DNA of 54,003 bases, the filler included, from Bipalium vagum (lineage: Eukaryota), in NCBI GenBank assembly GCA_037834085.1. It is 3 parts of 3 records of this genome, joined end to end, with 100 filler letters (N's around TTAATTAATTAA, not from the genome) between each part and the next. Parts side by side here need not be neighbours in the genome. Positions count along the whole stretch, not along the records: positions 1 to 16,558 come from JBBMKC010105785.1; 2 more parts are not named here. The stretch is one strand, 5' to 3'. This document shows, one piece after another, positions 1 to 13,499 of this stretch; position 1 is the first letter of the stretch; each line of letters opens with the position of its first letter. The notes under the pieces were generated by a model. That model was not told the DNA's origin. It worked only from the letters and a program-made list of their open reading frames with translations, and ran no database searches. Position numbers and translations under genes: made by a program.

Positions 1-550
1 ATGAAAGTCAGAGGCTGCAATGTCTGGCGAGTAAGGCGGATGCGGTAAGAGTTCGATTCCGTCAATATTTTTAGGGTCTCCATTGATTTCCGCGAGGTAT
101 GCGGTTTAGCATTGTCCGCTTGTAGCAAAACTCTTTTCCGGTTGATTAAATAAGGATACTTTACTTTCATAACATCATGAAGATTTTTTATTTGTGATGA
201 GTAAGTGTCCGAGGTTATACTTTGACCATCTGAGAGAAGTTCAAAAAACAACATACCGTCACAGTTCCAAAAAGCGGAAATCATAACCTTTTTGTCAAAT
301 CTTCGGAGTTTACGATACGAAAGAGTTGATTCATTTGGAGATAGCCATTGCCATTTTTTGTTGGGATTGTTTAATAATATCCATTTTTCATCCACAGCAA
401 CAATAGTTTTAAAAAACCTATCGTCTAATGGGTTATTTAAGAGCTATTGACAGACTTGAAGTCGCTTGGTTGCCTGAGCTTTTGTCAACTCAAAAGGATC
501 TATTTGAGGAGCTCTATATTTTTTACCCATTGCACGAAGATGGCAATAGT
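1..550 (-). mobile_element. mariner (DD34D) transposase remnant, degenerate, runs off the window edge
   Basis: Minus-strand translation gives IVAVDEKWIL, KKVMISAFWNCDG and LPHPPYSPDIAASDFH (the mariner YSPDLAP motif), with stops and frameshifts. Confidence 0.9.
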
Positions 551-631
551 ATAATTCCGGATTTTTTAATAAAAAAACATTTTTAAAGTTTTATTTAAAA
601 AAACATTTAATAAAAATATTTTCCATTTACA

Positions 632-985
632 GATATGACATTGGACCATCTTTTAGGCAACGAATAGATTCCACGAACAAATTCTGGTTCTTTTAAAGAA
701 ATTAAGCTATCAATCCTTTTTGAAGGTCTTCATCGCAACTGAACCGCTTCCCAGAAAGCGCGGATTGTATCGAGAGTAACAAATGGAAATCCAAAGGTGC
801 AATATCTGATAAATATGGTGGGTAATGTAAGACTTCCCAGTCTTCACCTTCTAAGTAACTATTTACAATAAAATGAACATGTAGTTTGGCGTTATCGTAT
901 AGTAAAATTATCTTATCATGTCTGTCCGTCCATTCTGATCTTTTTTCTTTCAGAGCTCGCTTCAAATGAATTAATTGGGAATGGT
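632..985 (-). mobile_element. second mariner transposase C-terminal remnant
   Basis: ORF 702..965 contains IILLYDNAKLH (HDNARPH-like) and VLHYPPYLSDIAPLDFHL (HPPYSPDLAPSDFHL-like). Confidence 0.85.
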
Positions 986-999
986 TCCAGATTCAGAGA

Positions 1000-1760
1000 A
1001 CAGGAAATATCAGTGTCAGTAGTGATATAATAAAACGAAAAGAATTAGAATTAGCAAATCATTTAGGAAATCATGATTTTAAAGCATTAGATGATTGGCT
1101 TAATTCTTTTTTTTCCAGACATAAGATATAAACGAAAAGAATTATTGGAGAATCTTAAACCGTAGTTAAAAAGATATGTTCTTAATTTTAAGGAATTGTA
1201 TTGTGATGATTATTAATAATATTAAAAAATCAATTCAAAATCATTTGTTGTTTAAATAATCTGCAGATAAGTTGTTTTGAAATACATTTTGAAAGCGTGT
1301 TTATTTCTTATGATTTCAGACATCAAAAATGAAATTGCCGTAGCTAATATGTATGTTAAAAAGTTTTTAAAAAAAGATAAAATGTTTATAATTATGATGA
1401 AACTGGACTGTTCTGGAAATGTTCATTAAGCAGAACATATAAAATTTCTAAAGATGATAAGGCGAATGGTAAGTTTCCTAAAGATTGAATTACTATACTT
1501 TTTGGGCAGGCCGAAGAAAACTCGTCGTTTTAAAAATTTTGATATAGAAAAATTACTTATTTTTTATCTTTGGAATACCAAATCTTTGATGATAGTGACA
1601 AATTTTCAAGATTGGTTAAAAGTTTTAAACAGTATGATGAAAACAGAGGATCGGAAATTTTATTATTGTTAGACAACTCACCTTTTCACCCAAAATATTT
1701 TATCGCACAAAATTTTGTTGGGTTTGCTAAAGGCACAAACCCTAAAGATTGTGAGTGATA
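1000..1760 (+). mobile_element. pogo/Tigger-like transposase remnant
   Basis: Fragments FKALDDWLNSFFSRHKI..RIIGES (end of CENP-B-type HTH), VYNYDETGLFWK (first Asp of DDE_1) and LLLLDNSPFH (second Asp), interrupted by stops. Confidence 0.8.
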
Positions 1761-3424
1761 ATAATAATATAAAATGTACTTTTACTATAATAAAATAATA
1801 TTCATAGTAATAATTTATCAAAATCTCTCAGTCGAACACAACATAAAATAGTGAGGAGTTAATGATTTCGAGCAAAAGTTACACATTTTAGTTAAGAAAA
1901 ATAGTAAAAATTTTGAGGGGGAACCCTTCCACTACGAATTCACAATACGATTTTGCGTACTAAGAACACGTTTTGCGGAAGAATCTACAGCTATAATTGT
2001 ATATCAAAGCGAAAAGAATATTTTATTAGGGTAAATCACCAGAACTCTTAATTAATTTATTTGATATGTTTATTTATATATGTTCGAATTATATTGGATT
2101 ACCTGATCGGAGAGATAAGTCTTCTTGTGATACTGAAGTATCATTTTTTGAAAATTGTCATTCGTTGTGATGGAGGGGTCCCTTAAAAAAATCTCCTTGT
2201 TTTTCATTGACGTAAACAAATATTTTGAAGGAATATATTCAACTACTGCTAAGGAAATGGTCCTCAGCATCAGTTGAGAAATATACGCTCTCTGGTGATT
2301 TTTACAGCTGACCGGTAACTTTTTTCAATGTTCGAAATTTAAAAAATCAGAGCTGCAACCTGTGTGAAAACTTTTTGAATGCTTAAGAAATTAACTCAGA
2401 AATAGGTACCGCCCTGCTGAGTTATTTTTATGTCAACATTTTTATATATGAATTAGTCCATTCTAATATCAATATCCAGTTTATTGCTTCAGGGTAGTCC
2501 CCTGATAACTCTCTCTTCATTTTATTCCTAATATAATTCCACAGTTTATCTTTTTTCAGCTTATGAATCGGTAAATATTCCAATTGTAAAATATTTTATT
2601 CTTAATTCATAGGTTAAGACCAATTGATAAACGTAATTGTTAAAAGTAAAATTAATTCGACCAAACATTATTGTCGTAGCTTACATTAGAGAGAATGTTA
2701 ATCCAGAATATTTATTGGCATATGTCTTTGTCTTTATAGTCTGGTGCTAATGATCATACTCTATGAATAAATACTTTTATTATACTTTTCTTCACAGAAA
2801 CTATTGCTTGAAGTATGAAAAAAGTGAATGAGTAAAAAAGGAAAAAATTACATTATCAAAGACAAATAACATACAGTAAATGGAATACAGTAATTTTCCT
2901 AATGATATGTTCTCGAGATGATTTTCTTTAACAGATAAGCTTAACTCAATTCTTCGTTGAAAAGGCAATATTGCAGCTTGAAGCTCTTGAGTAGTTAAAG
3001 GGGAACATTCTTAGTTTATTCTTTTTTTCATTTCAAGTAGAATTTTCGGTTTTCGTAATGGAAAACACTTGTCATTAGAATATTCCAAAAACAATAATTA
3101 ACTGTTGTAATGCCTAGTGAAGAAAGAGAATGAGATTTTTTGAAAAGAGAGAATGAATTGACAGACAACATGTTTAGTTCCTCAGCTTTGATGTAGCAGA
3201 TATATAACCTTGTTTACGTCTTTTTCTATGTATATATTGGTCTTTAATTTATTATCTCTTCTTTTTTGAAAATACTATCTAGAAATGACAGTTTTTCATC
3301 TTTTTAATCATTGTCCGTGCTTACAAGATACTTACAATGTGCGCTCTAGTTGGAATATTAAAAAAACTATACTTTATATACTTTTTATACTATTATACTT
3401 TAAAAAAGTAACCTTAGCCTGTCT

Positions 3425-4152
3425 GTCAGGAAATCCTCGCTTTTATAATGTTTTCTTTTAATTCAACTAAACTCAACTTGAATCAAAACTCCCACGACAA
3501 AACCTTATCTGCTCTCTAACTGAATCAAAACCCCCACGATAATACTTTATCCGCACCCCAATTAAATAATAAAAAATCACAGTAAAACTTTATTATAATA
3601 TCAAATTGAACTGCTCACACAAATCACCAAAAATCACAATCAACTCAAGAATCAATACTATTCAAAAAAGTCAAAACTGATCAACTGTCTGAAAATCAAT
3701 TTAACACAAATCAACGTTAAAATAACTTATGATTAAGAATAATATTTTATGTAAATGAAATTCAAAAGAATACTAAAAACTAAGAACAAAAAAAATAAAA
3801 TCAAGAAATCAAGGATAGCCTAACCTGGATTCCCAAGCTGGTTGGGTTCCCCTTTATAATCCTGTTCCGTTGTGATCACATACCTGGGCATAAAATGATT
3901 TACTGTAATAAATGGCAACTGTTTTCCAAAAATAATAATAATTTCGCCTTTTTTACTCTGGTTTATCGTGGCCTTTCCAGGAATAGCCATCCCTTTATAT
4001 AGGCGTGGAGATTGGATACGATCACCAATCTCCATGCTCGAATGACGATTCCGGACGACTGTTACCCAGAATGGCCCTTAATCTCCACGCCGATACAGAA
4101 CAAAATTTCAATTCTCCGACGATGGAGCTAAATTAAATATTCTTTTTTAACA
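3425..4152 (-). repeat. possible solo LTR or other repeat-derived segment
   Basis: Bounded by TGTCA...TAACA. Contains internal direct repeats of about 35 nt (3478-3512 and 3521-3555), a GC-richer block, and a TATA-like CCTATATAAAGGG on the minus strand (3991-4003). No target-site duplication found. Confidence 0.3.
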
Positions 4153-4274
4153 CTCCGTTGATAGAGATAAATTATTATTGATTTTTTTTCGTTTTTTATT
4201 TTAAAAATATTTCAATTATTATTAAAATTATTATTATTAATTATTGTCATTATTATCATTTATTATAAATATTA

Positions 4275-5365
4275 CAGGGTCATTCATAAAGGACTGACAT
4301 TTTTATTTATCAATAAAACATATTTTTACAACATTTTGAAACAGATTTAACTTTATTCAAAAATACGAGCGATGAGGTTATTTGTGAAACAAGAGAAATA
4401 ACAAAAGAGTATCTAGTCCGTACAAGCACAGGCGGACTCTTGTTATGAAATATTTTATGACATTTTGACATTGACCCTTGGAAATTTCAGCCATCCTGTT
4501 TCGAATTTCGTCTTTTAGCTCATCAATGGTTTGACGTTTGTTGATGTATACCATCTTTAATATAACTCCAAAGAAATTAATCTAGCGGCATCAAGTCACG
4601 CATCAAGTCAAGTTTCCTTGGCAGAGTTACATGCTGCACCGTCTTGTTGAAAGCAGATGCCATCCACATCCACACCATTAATTTCATGCAATATAAAGTT
4701 CGAGATCATCTCACGATATCGAATACTATTGACGATCACTGCTTGTCCACATCATTTTCAAAAAAATAAGGTCCAATTAGTCCTCCAGCCCAAAATCCAC
4801 ACCAAATCGTGACCCGTTCAGGATAGATTGGAAGTCCATAGATCGCTTTTGGATTTTCCGAATCCCAAATTAGACAATTTTGTCTATTGACATTGCCGCT
4901 GAGATCAAAATGCGCCTCATCGCTAAAGATGATTATTTTCGAAAATCTTTCATCATATTGTTCATGTTTTAAAACCCAACTTGCAAACTCTCGACGGCTT
5001 TCATGATCTTGTGGTTTCAATTCTTGTGCCAATTGAATCTTGTAAGCATGCAAATTCATATCTTCCTTTAAAAATCGTTGAAGAAAACTTTTGGAAATTC
5101 CAATTTGTTGACTGCGAATAGCAATTGATGTGGAACCATCTTTTTGAACACTGACTTACAGAGGCTGTAATTTCAGTCGTACAAGAAGTACGTATATGAC
5201 CACAGGATTTTTCGTTAAGAACGGAACCACTTAATTCAAATTTCTTGTTTAAATTTTGCATTTTGAAATATCAATATTTATAGATATTATTAAAACAAAT
5301 ATATAGAATTTTTCCAATAAAAATTATAGGCAATTTATAATGTCAGTCCTTTATGAATGACTCTA
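4275..5365 (-). mobile_element. Tc1/mariner-superfamily DNA transposon (maT/rosa-like DDD type) with both TIRs, transposase decayed
   Basis: 27-bp TIRs CAGGGTCATTCATAAAGGACTGACATT (4275) and AATGTCAGTCCTTTATGAATGACTCTA (5339-5365, 25/27 match), flanked by TA. Transposase motifs IIFSDEAHF..SGNVNRQN, VTIWCGFWAGGLIGPYFFE and FQQDGAAC. Confidence 0.92.
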
Positions 5366-7135
5366 TATTATCCCCAGAATCCAAGATATATATTTCTTAT
5401 GCTTTAAATGATTTAGATTTTCAGTATTTTTCTTATTTAAGTCAACACAAAAAAACGAAGATCTTTTACTCAACCAGATAAAAACTTTAAAATTACAGTA
5501 ATTGTTAAAATGAAATTTACACCAGTTTTCCATGCAAAATCCTACCTGAAAGATTTTATATTTTTCGAAAAAATGAAACGTTATTCTTTAACAGCGCTGA
5601 GCAGTCAATAAAATCATTTTTTTTGTGAACTTCAGACAGACCTCTTCCATTTCTGTTATACATTGAAACTTTTCCGTCGACAAAACGTGGCCGATTTTCA
5701 ACTCATTCACATTAATTTTTTTGATGAAATAATTGATCAAGTCATATATTATTTGAAACAGACTCTCAAAATCAATTAATAATACACACTTGAAACTCTC
5801 TGAACTGGTGAAAATAATCAGTAAACAAATCTTGATTAAAAGGTATATTATCATGAAACCTGCAATGAGAAAGTGACAGAAAGTCTTGTGAGTACTGGTT
5901 GAAGGTATCAGTGAGGTATAATGACAACATTGAACAGAATACCACCTGAATAATTAAGTATCATCGAAGTATACTGTTAAGTACCTGTTTCTCAGCCCTC
6001 GTATCAGAAAGAGATTGATAGATCTCATCCATTGTTTTGTTATTGACAGTAGTCAAGTTGGTTACAAATGGATTTAGAAAATCTGTTAACACTGATTGTG
6101 TAATAAGAACTCATCGGCCAACCTGATCTATTTGATACATACCATATGTTATACTTAGAGTAAAATCTAATTAAGGTTTTCATTGACAATCTGAAGAAAG
6201 TTAAGAATAATTTTTTCAGACCCACGAAACTCATGTCACTTGAGAACAATTGATCAACCTAAAGTTTATTTTATGAACATTTCCAAGGTTATTGGTTAAA
6301 TTAATTGAACTGAATGATGTTACAAACGGCCTTAATTGAAGTCTTTCGATCACAAATGAAAGTTAGCACTTATCTTAAATTTTTGTTTAAATGCATCATA
6401 TGATATACTTTTTATTATTTCATAAAATTGAAATATTTTACTACTGAAGAAGTCTCTAATCAGTTTCATGGACTTAAGGGGTTCATAAATCTTCAAAGAA
6501 CCAAGTTTTTCTCGAGAAATGATAAATTAAGAAATGAAGTTCTTGTCGTTTTATCAATCAGAAAACATTGATTTGTTTCATTGATCTTTAATTTGTTTTA
6601 ATTTCCACAGAAAATAGAGATTTTTATTTCCAAAGGCGTCCATTCAAACATGCTTCAAAAAATTCCAGCCAGAAAAATTGTAAATAAATCAATTTTAACA
6701 GTTTTCTTTACCTGAATTAATTCGATGTATCTGATCTCAAGCCCGGCGACGAAATGCTTTGTGTGACTTGAGAACAAATGTTTTTATCAAAAGGTTCTGA
6801 ACTCATTCCCTTAAGAATTCTTTTCGGTGATTAGATAACGAAGAGATAAATAATAAAATTCTCATAGTTTTTTTTTTGTTTATTTCATTTGACATATTTT
6901 TGGCATTCGATTTATTATTTATAATTAATCATGTTTTAATGAATAACTTCTTATCAACAGTCACACTATCCACTGATTTTGATATTAGATCAACTGGTAA
7001 TACTAAAAAACCCTTTCTGACGTTCTTCTACTTTGACAAAATTGCGAATGCATTTTATTTTACGTTTCGAATAATTTATTTTTTACCTTCCGAAAGATTT
7101 AAACATAAATATTTGTGCAACATGGGTTTGAAGGT

Positions 7136-7287
7136 NNNNNNNNNNNNNNNNNNNNNNNNNNNNNNNNNNNNNNNNNNNNNNNNNNNNNNNNNNNNNNNNN
7201 NNNNNNNNNNNNNNNNNNNNNNNNNNNNNNNNNNNNNNNNNNNNNNNNNNNNNNNNNNNNNNNNNNNNNNNNNNNNNNNNNNNNNNN
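7136..7287. other. assembly gap (N run)
   Basis: Run of N bases. Confidence 0.99.
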
Positions 7288-8182
7288 TAATATCCCTAAT
7301 AAATGACTTCTCTTTTTCACGAAAATGAAGTTTTTGATGTCTTAATAGGGTTCTTCATTCTCTAATGCCCAAATTGTATCAATATGTATTATTGTTGGTC
7401 ACTAATGCTGCCCCAGTTAATCACTTTCCGTGAACCCTGATTTGACTTTGTTAATGTCAATGTGGGTCATAAATGCAGCCCTCGGAGTGGAAATATTGAA
7501 CTTAAAACCTAATTGTTATTGTGGAAAAATTTGAACTGTGGCCAATTTTATATATTATTCAACGATAAATTTGTATGAGTGGGTCTCCTTTTTTCTGGAA
7601 GACGTTCCGGATTCCATGGATTTGAGGTTGCTACAAATGACATCAAGAAATTTGTTGCTAACCCAGGAACCCAGTTGTCACAATCGGTGAGACAGTTACT
7701 TATTTATATATATTAATAATACTACTACTTTTTGGTATCGCTATCATATCTCCTTGTTGTCGTCATTGAAGTTTATGAAGTATTTTATTTTTTAAGACTA
7801 CTAATATTCCTATTTGATTATTTAAACATCTTTCATACTAATATTTTGCTTTATCGATAAGTAAGTGAGAGGAATGTGTGGAGAGAAACATATTGCCGTT
7901 ATATTTTGGATCTAGTCGCGTTGGAGTACGATTTTGGGAATTGTTAAATATTTTGTGATTTATTGCGCGACATTTGAGAATCGTGTTGTACAGATCAGTA
8001 AATAATCCAGTTGGAAGATCAAGAAATTATTTAAACAAATTAGCGGACCGATTTCGAAAGCAACACCATGAGGAGTTATATGATGAAGAGACAAATGAAG
8101 ATCAAGAAAGGTTGTTAACATTGCGAACTTATCTAATCCTGTCATTCAAAAAGAATATTTCTTTATTAATGGTATTAATTTA

Positions 8183-8185
<3 letters not shown>

Positions 8186-8240
<55 letters not shown>
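8186..8240. repeat. (TTA)n microsatellite
   Basis: Pure ATT/TTA run. It produces the spurious poly-Tyr in ORF 7974..8309. Confidence 0.95.
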
Positions 8241-10472
8241 CATTATTTTAGAACTCAAAATTTTTATCAAATAAAAATTTTTTTCTACAGTTATGAGAAT
8301 TTTTTTTAATCTCGGTCGATTCAGTTCAGTTCTTTTCTACTAGGACCTTCTTTTTCTGATCTTCTTTCCTTAAGCATAAAATTTATTTGGTCTTGAAGAA
8401 AGATTTCATGAAAAGATATTGAAACTTATGGATTAACATATGCAACAGTCATCTTTTGCATTCTTCCGCAATTGATTTGAAGGTTGTCTTGGTATAACAA
8501 TTGAATGACATCGGAATAAATATCCATATTAAATAACTCAATAAAAATAAAATAAAATGGTAGGGTAACAGTGATTAGGTTTGTAACAGATTCAGAATCA
8601 GCACTTAATTAAAGAAAGTTGTGATACCAATGAAATAAACTTGAGCCAATAACCAAACTGTTTCTTTTTGAATATTTCTTTTTAAATTACTCTTTATTCA
8701 TAAGGATCGATAAATAATGTTCACGAGGTAACATTTACCTTTTCGAAAATATGAAGACAATTTTATTTGGTCATCATTACAGAATGCAATATTGAAAATG
8801 TATCATCAGATTCGGGAACGATAATGAAATCAATTTGGTAATATGTGACATATAAGGCGAACAAATCCCATTTCGTTTTCTCTTATGTCATCATTGTCAA
8901 GTAGTAATATACAATAAAAAAGATAACATGATACAGTGAAAATATGCAATTTCAGTGTTAGGAATTTGCCAAAGTAGCAAACAGTAACCTACAACAACTG
9001 TCTTGGCAGTTGCTGGTTGCAGCAGATAAGATCAAACTCTTATCCCACCATCTTATCTTTCAATAATCTCTGTTGCCACCCATCTGTAACAAAGCCAAAT
9101 CTCTTCTCATTCCCTGAAACTTCGACTGAGTTGATGGAGACTTTAATTAATTAGAAGCTGTTTTCTTGCCTCTCAATCATTTGAACTATTTCCACAGAAA
9201 TTGCGTGTGTATCATTTTCCGGATTTCTATTTTGGTCATTAAGAGATGTTAAGCACAATATGATTATTTTAATTTGGCATTCTTTTCTTACATCGTACAA
9301 GTTCATCAGGGTATCAGTCAGAAAATAAATCACGGGTGGTAGGACCATAGGTGAAAAATCAATGTTTTCCTTTTTATTATATTCAATAATGACTTGATGT
9401 TCTGAGACCAGTTTCAAAAATTTTTGTTTTTCTCTGGAACTCTCATTTAAAATTTAAAATAAAATTGTCCAATCATAAAATTTTAAATTTAAAAATTATT
9501 TGCAATAAACAAATTAATTTTTAAATTTTTTTTGGAAGAGTAGTATCTATTAAGTATCACACCACAACACACACAGAATCAATCGTTTTTGGAAATTTCG
9601 CCCCACACACTACTGTTGCGTAACCAATAGAAATAAAGCGAGATGGTTCAATTTGTTGATTTTTTTCTGGACTTTTAGAAAATATTTCTGTTGTAGCTCA
9701 CATATTTAGATTTGTTACAGAAAATGATGACCCTCCATTTGATATTAGGCTGACAGGTTAAACTTTCAATAAATATTGTTATTTTTTGATTTTTCATATT
9801 TTCTTATTCACTTGTTTATAAATCAATACAGATCAAAATTACAAATTATTCAAATCAGATGTTTTTAAGGTGCTGAAATAATTTAATTCCATGTTGACAA
9901 CACCAATATCATATAACATTACATTCAATATAAAATCACGAGGATTACGGAATTCGAAACGAAACTCAAATTACATTACAATAGTCTTAGTAACAAGTGA
10001 CTAAAGAAATGTTTAAGCACATCCTATATATTCGAATTTACTTATAGGAACTTTTTTAAAAATTATTGATCTTTATAATAATAAATTAAAAATTAAATTA
10101 ATTAACTTACCTAAATTGGACTACTTAATAAAAACTAGATGTCCCAAATATATATAAGAATACAGAGCGAAACATGAGTAGAAAGACTATATTAATTAGT
10201 AAATAATATTTTTATCACTTTACACTAAATAGTAAACTCTGTTACCTTATCAGACTAAAGTTTCTACGTAGCAACTAAAGATTAGGTAATAAAACCAAGA
10301 TAAGATCACAACTAGCCTGATTATGACATTAAATAACTACCTCATGTCATTCATGAAGGGGAACAATAATCGCCAATACACAAAACAAATAGAAAGTAAT
10401 AATCATTTTATTTCGATATTTACAGGAGAAAATAACTCAATTGGCAGTTCTCAATGAAAGCTAAAAATAAAA

Positions 10473-11436
10473 TCACTGTATCATTAAGCAGGACGATTTA
10501 TGTTTTGTTAACAGCCCCATCCTCGAAAACGTTTTTTGGCATAATTCGCATTGATATCTTTTGACTTGTGAATGAGTCTGCATATGAGCTCTCAGATTGG
10601 ATCGATCTGCAAAAGCCCGGTCGCAGTCGTTACATGAAAATGGTTTTTCTCCGGTGTGAGTTCTCATATGACCAGTTAATAACCACATGCGGGAAAAGGC
10701 TTTTCCGCAGATAATACATTTACATGGTAAGGTATGAGTTCGAACATGCATTTTGAGGGCACTGAGAGAAAAATATACCTTGTTACACTGTCGACAACTG
10801 TATTGGTGAGTTTCAGAACTACTGGTATTGATATTGTCTTCTACCAAGGTAAATGAATCGTTCAATATACCATTACACTTCTTGGACTGGTGACGCTTGA
10901 GTCCAGCTTCGTTACAGTATCGTTTACCACAAGGGTTGCAGCAGTATGGTTTTGTTCGAGAAACTTTTTTTGATCCATTTGAATCTTCGGAGTCAACTGA
11001 TGAACACCGCCGAGAAGAGGCTGGAGAAATAGATGCAGAACTCAAATTTAATGGTTGTGCATCTTGAAAGTCTGGTGTGGTTAAATTGTGGGCTGTGTCC
11101 ATCAAGCGATCTTCATATTTTTTACAAAGGTTCAAAAATGATAACCAAATGTATGGATATGCTATAGACTGATTTAACATATTTTGTGTCAAAGGAAGAA
11201 TTTTCTGAACTGATTCATTTGACTTCATATTTGTGTATTGATTCTTCTCAAAGAAGTCTTGTACAAGTTGCTTTTGTTGCATAATTTTATAGTTTATCGG
11301 ATTCCAAATGGATAAAGGATTTACTGAAATCAAAGTTATAATCAAAAATTATTTAATAAAAACAATTCTTACTGTTATGAATTTCTCTCCGTGGTTCGTG
11401 CATAAAATGGACATTAAAAGGTTTATCAGAAAACAT
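10473..11436 (-). CDS. snail: Snail-family C2H2 zinc-finger transcription factor, about 304 aa, exons 11436-11373 and 11323-10473
   Basis: Five fingers with Snail-diagnostic sequence: [70 protein letters not shown] 49-nt GTAAGA..TTTCAG phase-1 intron (11372-11324) joins an ATG exon ([21 protein letters not shown]) in frame. The ORF-track start at 11345 is a non-ATG codon inside this intron. Confidence 0.93.
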
Positions 11437-11485
11437 TATTTATGATTTAAAATCTTCAATAATTTCCTAAATACGTTCAAAGCAC

Positions 11486-11596
11486 TTATATAATGAGAAA
11501 AAATAATTAACTTAAATCTGATTGATCAATTTCACATTCAAAGGTTTCTATTGGGTGTTCCAACACTAGACGGAAATTTGATTGGCTGGACAGGTG
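11486..11596 (-). promoter_or_regulatory. putative snail promoter: TATA-like element, CCAAT boxes and a CAGGTG E-box
   Basis: TTATATAA at 11486-11493, about 50 nt upstream of the ATG. ATTGG (CCAAT on the minus strand) near 11550 and at 11581. CAGGTG at 11591-11596. These are short motifs in AT-rich DNA, so support is weak. Confidence 0.35.
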
Positions 11597-13216
11597 CTTA
11601 ATGAAGAAATGATTGCGCAAGATATGATGAATGTCTTAAGTGTAAGTGACATCATAGTTAACAAACTTGTTGTCAGCTGTCAGATAATCTGACATCTCAG
11701 CAACCTTGGTAACTGATTGGGATTTATTACATGTAAGTTTCATTAGTTTTCCTTTTACCATCTTTTCATTTTGAGTGTTGACACTTGATCCAATATTAAA
11801 GTAAATAATTATGCATCACTAAGCGTGAATAATCCTGATATACCATGGCTTACAAATGATAACAATTTTCAATGAAAATCTTTTTTTCCCTTCAAAAATA
11901 TTTAATTATTTTTTGAGTCTGGGTCTGGTCTTTGTGACTAAAATGTTTAAGATAAACTGGAATATACCAATGAACATCATTTAGTTTGTAGGTTTAGCTT
12001 ATTATTAAACAAGCTATCATTTTAAGAACGAGGAATATTATTCACTTGTGACGATGTATATTTCTTATCAATATATTTTTTATCATACATCGCCTTTTCG
12101 GAAAGGAAAAGTTCTCTTTTGGAAACATTGCATCACATTTTCTTACTTTTATGTCTTTCAGTTTTAGTGTAACGTTCTTGAACTATTACTAAATGTTGCT
12201 ATTTCTTATTGTTGCTATACGATTATTGAAAACCTGGAGGTCGATTCAACCCGTAAAGTATGTTGTACCACCCATGCAAACAAGTATAATTATACATCCT
12301 CAAAATTGCAGTATTTAATTGAAACTTTGACTTCCCAAAGAGACGTACAACACACGAAAGCAACAGACAACACATTTAATCAATCCCATAACTACTGGAA
12401 ATAAAGTATTACATAATACCTTGGGAGGTCATGATGATCAACTTATCAACAATTACAAACGCAACATAAGTAACATGTCAAACAATTTTATCGGACTTCA
12501 TATTATACTAAAAGTTGCAAGTGAACGAAAATTTTTTATTTTTTTTTATTTTCATTAAAAAAATTGAACAAGGTAAGTCTTATTACATAATTCCTAGATT
12601 CTTATAACTTGTCTTATAAAAAAAATAATAAATAATATTCTTCAGTGATTTTGTAACCATTTTAAAAAGTTTTATAATCCCTTTTTCATCAGAAAGGGGT
12701 AGCACTATTCTTTAATACACAATAAAAATATTGATTTTAATTTGATTTTAATGTCGCATTTAAAAGTTTTTTATAATTCTGAATATTTCTTGTGGTAGTC
12801 TGAAAATCATTAGAAAATGAGACTGTTTAAGTCAATATAGTTCCAGAATATTACTGTACAGATATGATAAAATATTGTTTTGGTCGATTTCCAAACAATT
12901 TCAAAATGAAATAGCATGTCATAATTAAAGCCATTGTGTTCAAAATTTTTTATAGAATGCCTTAGACTTAAGGAAAGTATAATGGTGAAGGATTTCCATT
13001 CTGTTTTAGAAGAGACTAATATCACAACTGCTATTACGTTATCCATTTAAATAAATAAAAATATTTCGTACTCGAGAAAGGAACTTATAAGCAGATTCAA
13101 AATTTCATCCCTTTAAGACATGAAGTTCTTTTTGAATGGAATAACAACTAAAAGAAACATACTTTATTGTATCCTTTTGATCTTTTACCTTCATTTAAGA
13201 ATAAACTTATTGTATA

Positions 13217-13220
<4 letters not shown>

Positions 13221-13293
<73 letters not shown>
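13221..13293. repeat. (TTA)n microsatellite
   Basis: Pure trinucleotide run. It produces the spurious poly-Ile in ORF 13120..13344. Confidence 0.95.
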
Positions 13294-13499
13294 GTACATA
13301 CCACTAATATAACAGTATTAATAAATAAAAACTTCACTTTTTAAAATGAAAATAGGATTTATAAACTGGTCCGTAAGCTGAAATAAAAATAAAATGAAAG
13401 GAAAGATTTAAACAAAGCCCTTTAAAATTCTGTTCTCATTTCCCTGATGGTCTCAATTTTGATGATTGGAGAAGTTACAATAAATAATTCATTAAACAA

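Noticed and set aside
6876-7328. ORFs spanning the N run
   Set aside because: They are open only because N bases translate as X.
7974-8309. Poly-Tyr ORF, and the poly-Ile ORF at 13120-13344
   Set aside because: The homopolymers are translations of (TTA)n microsatellites.
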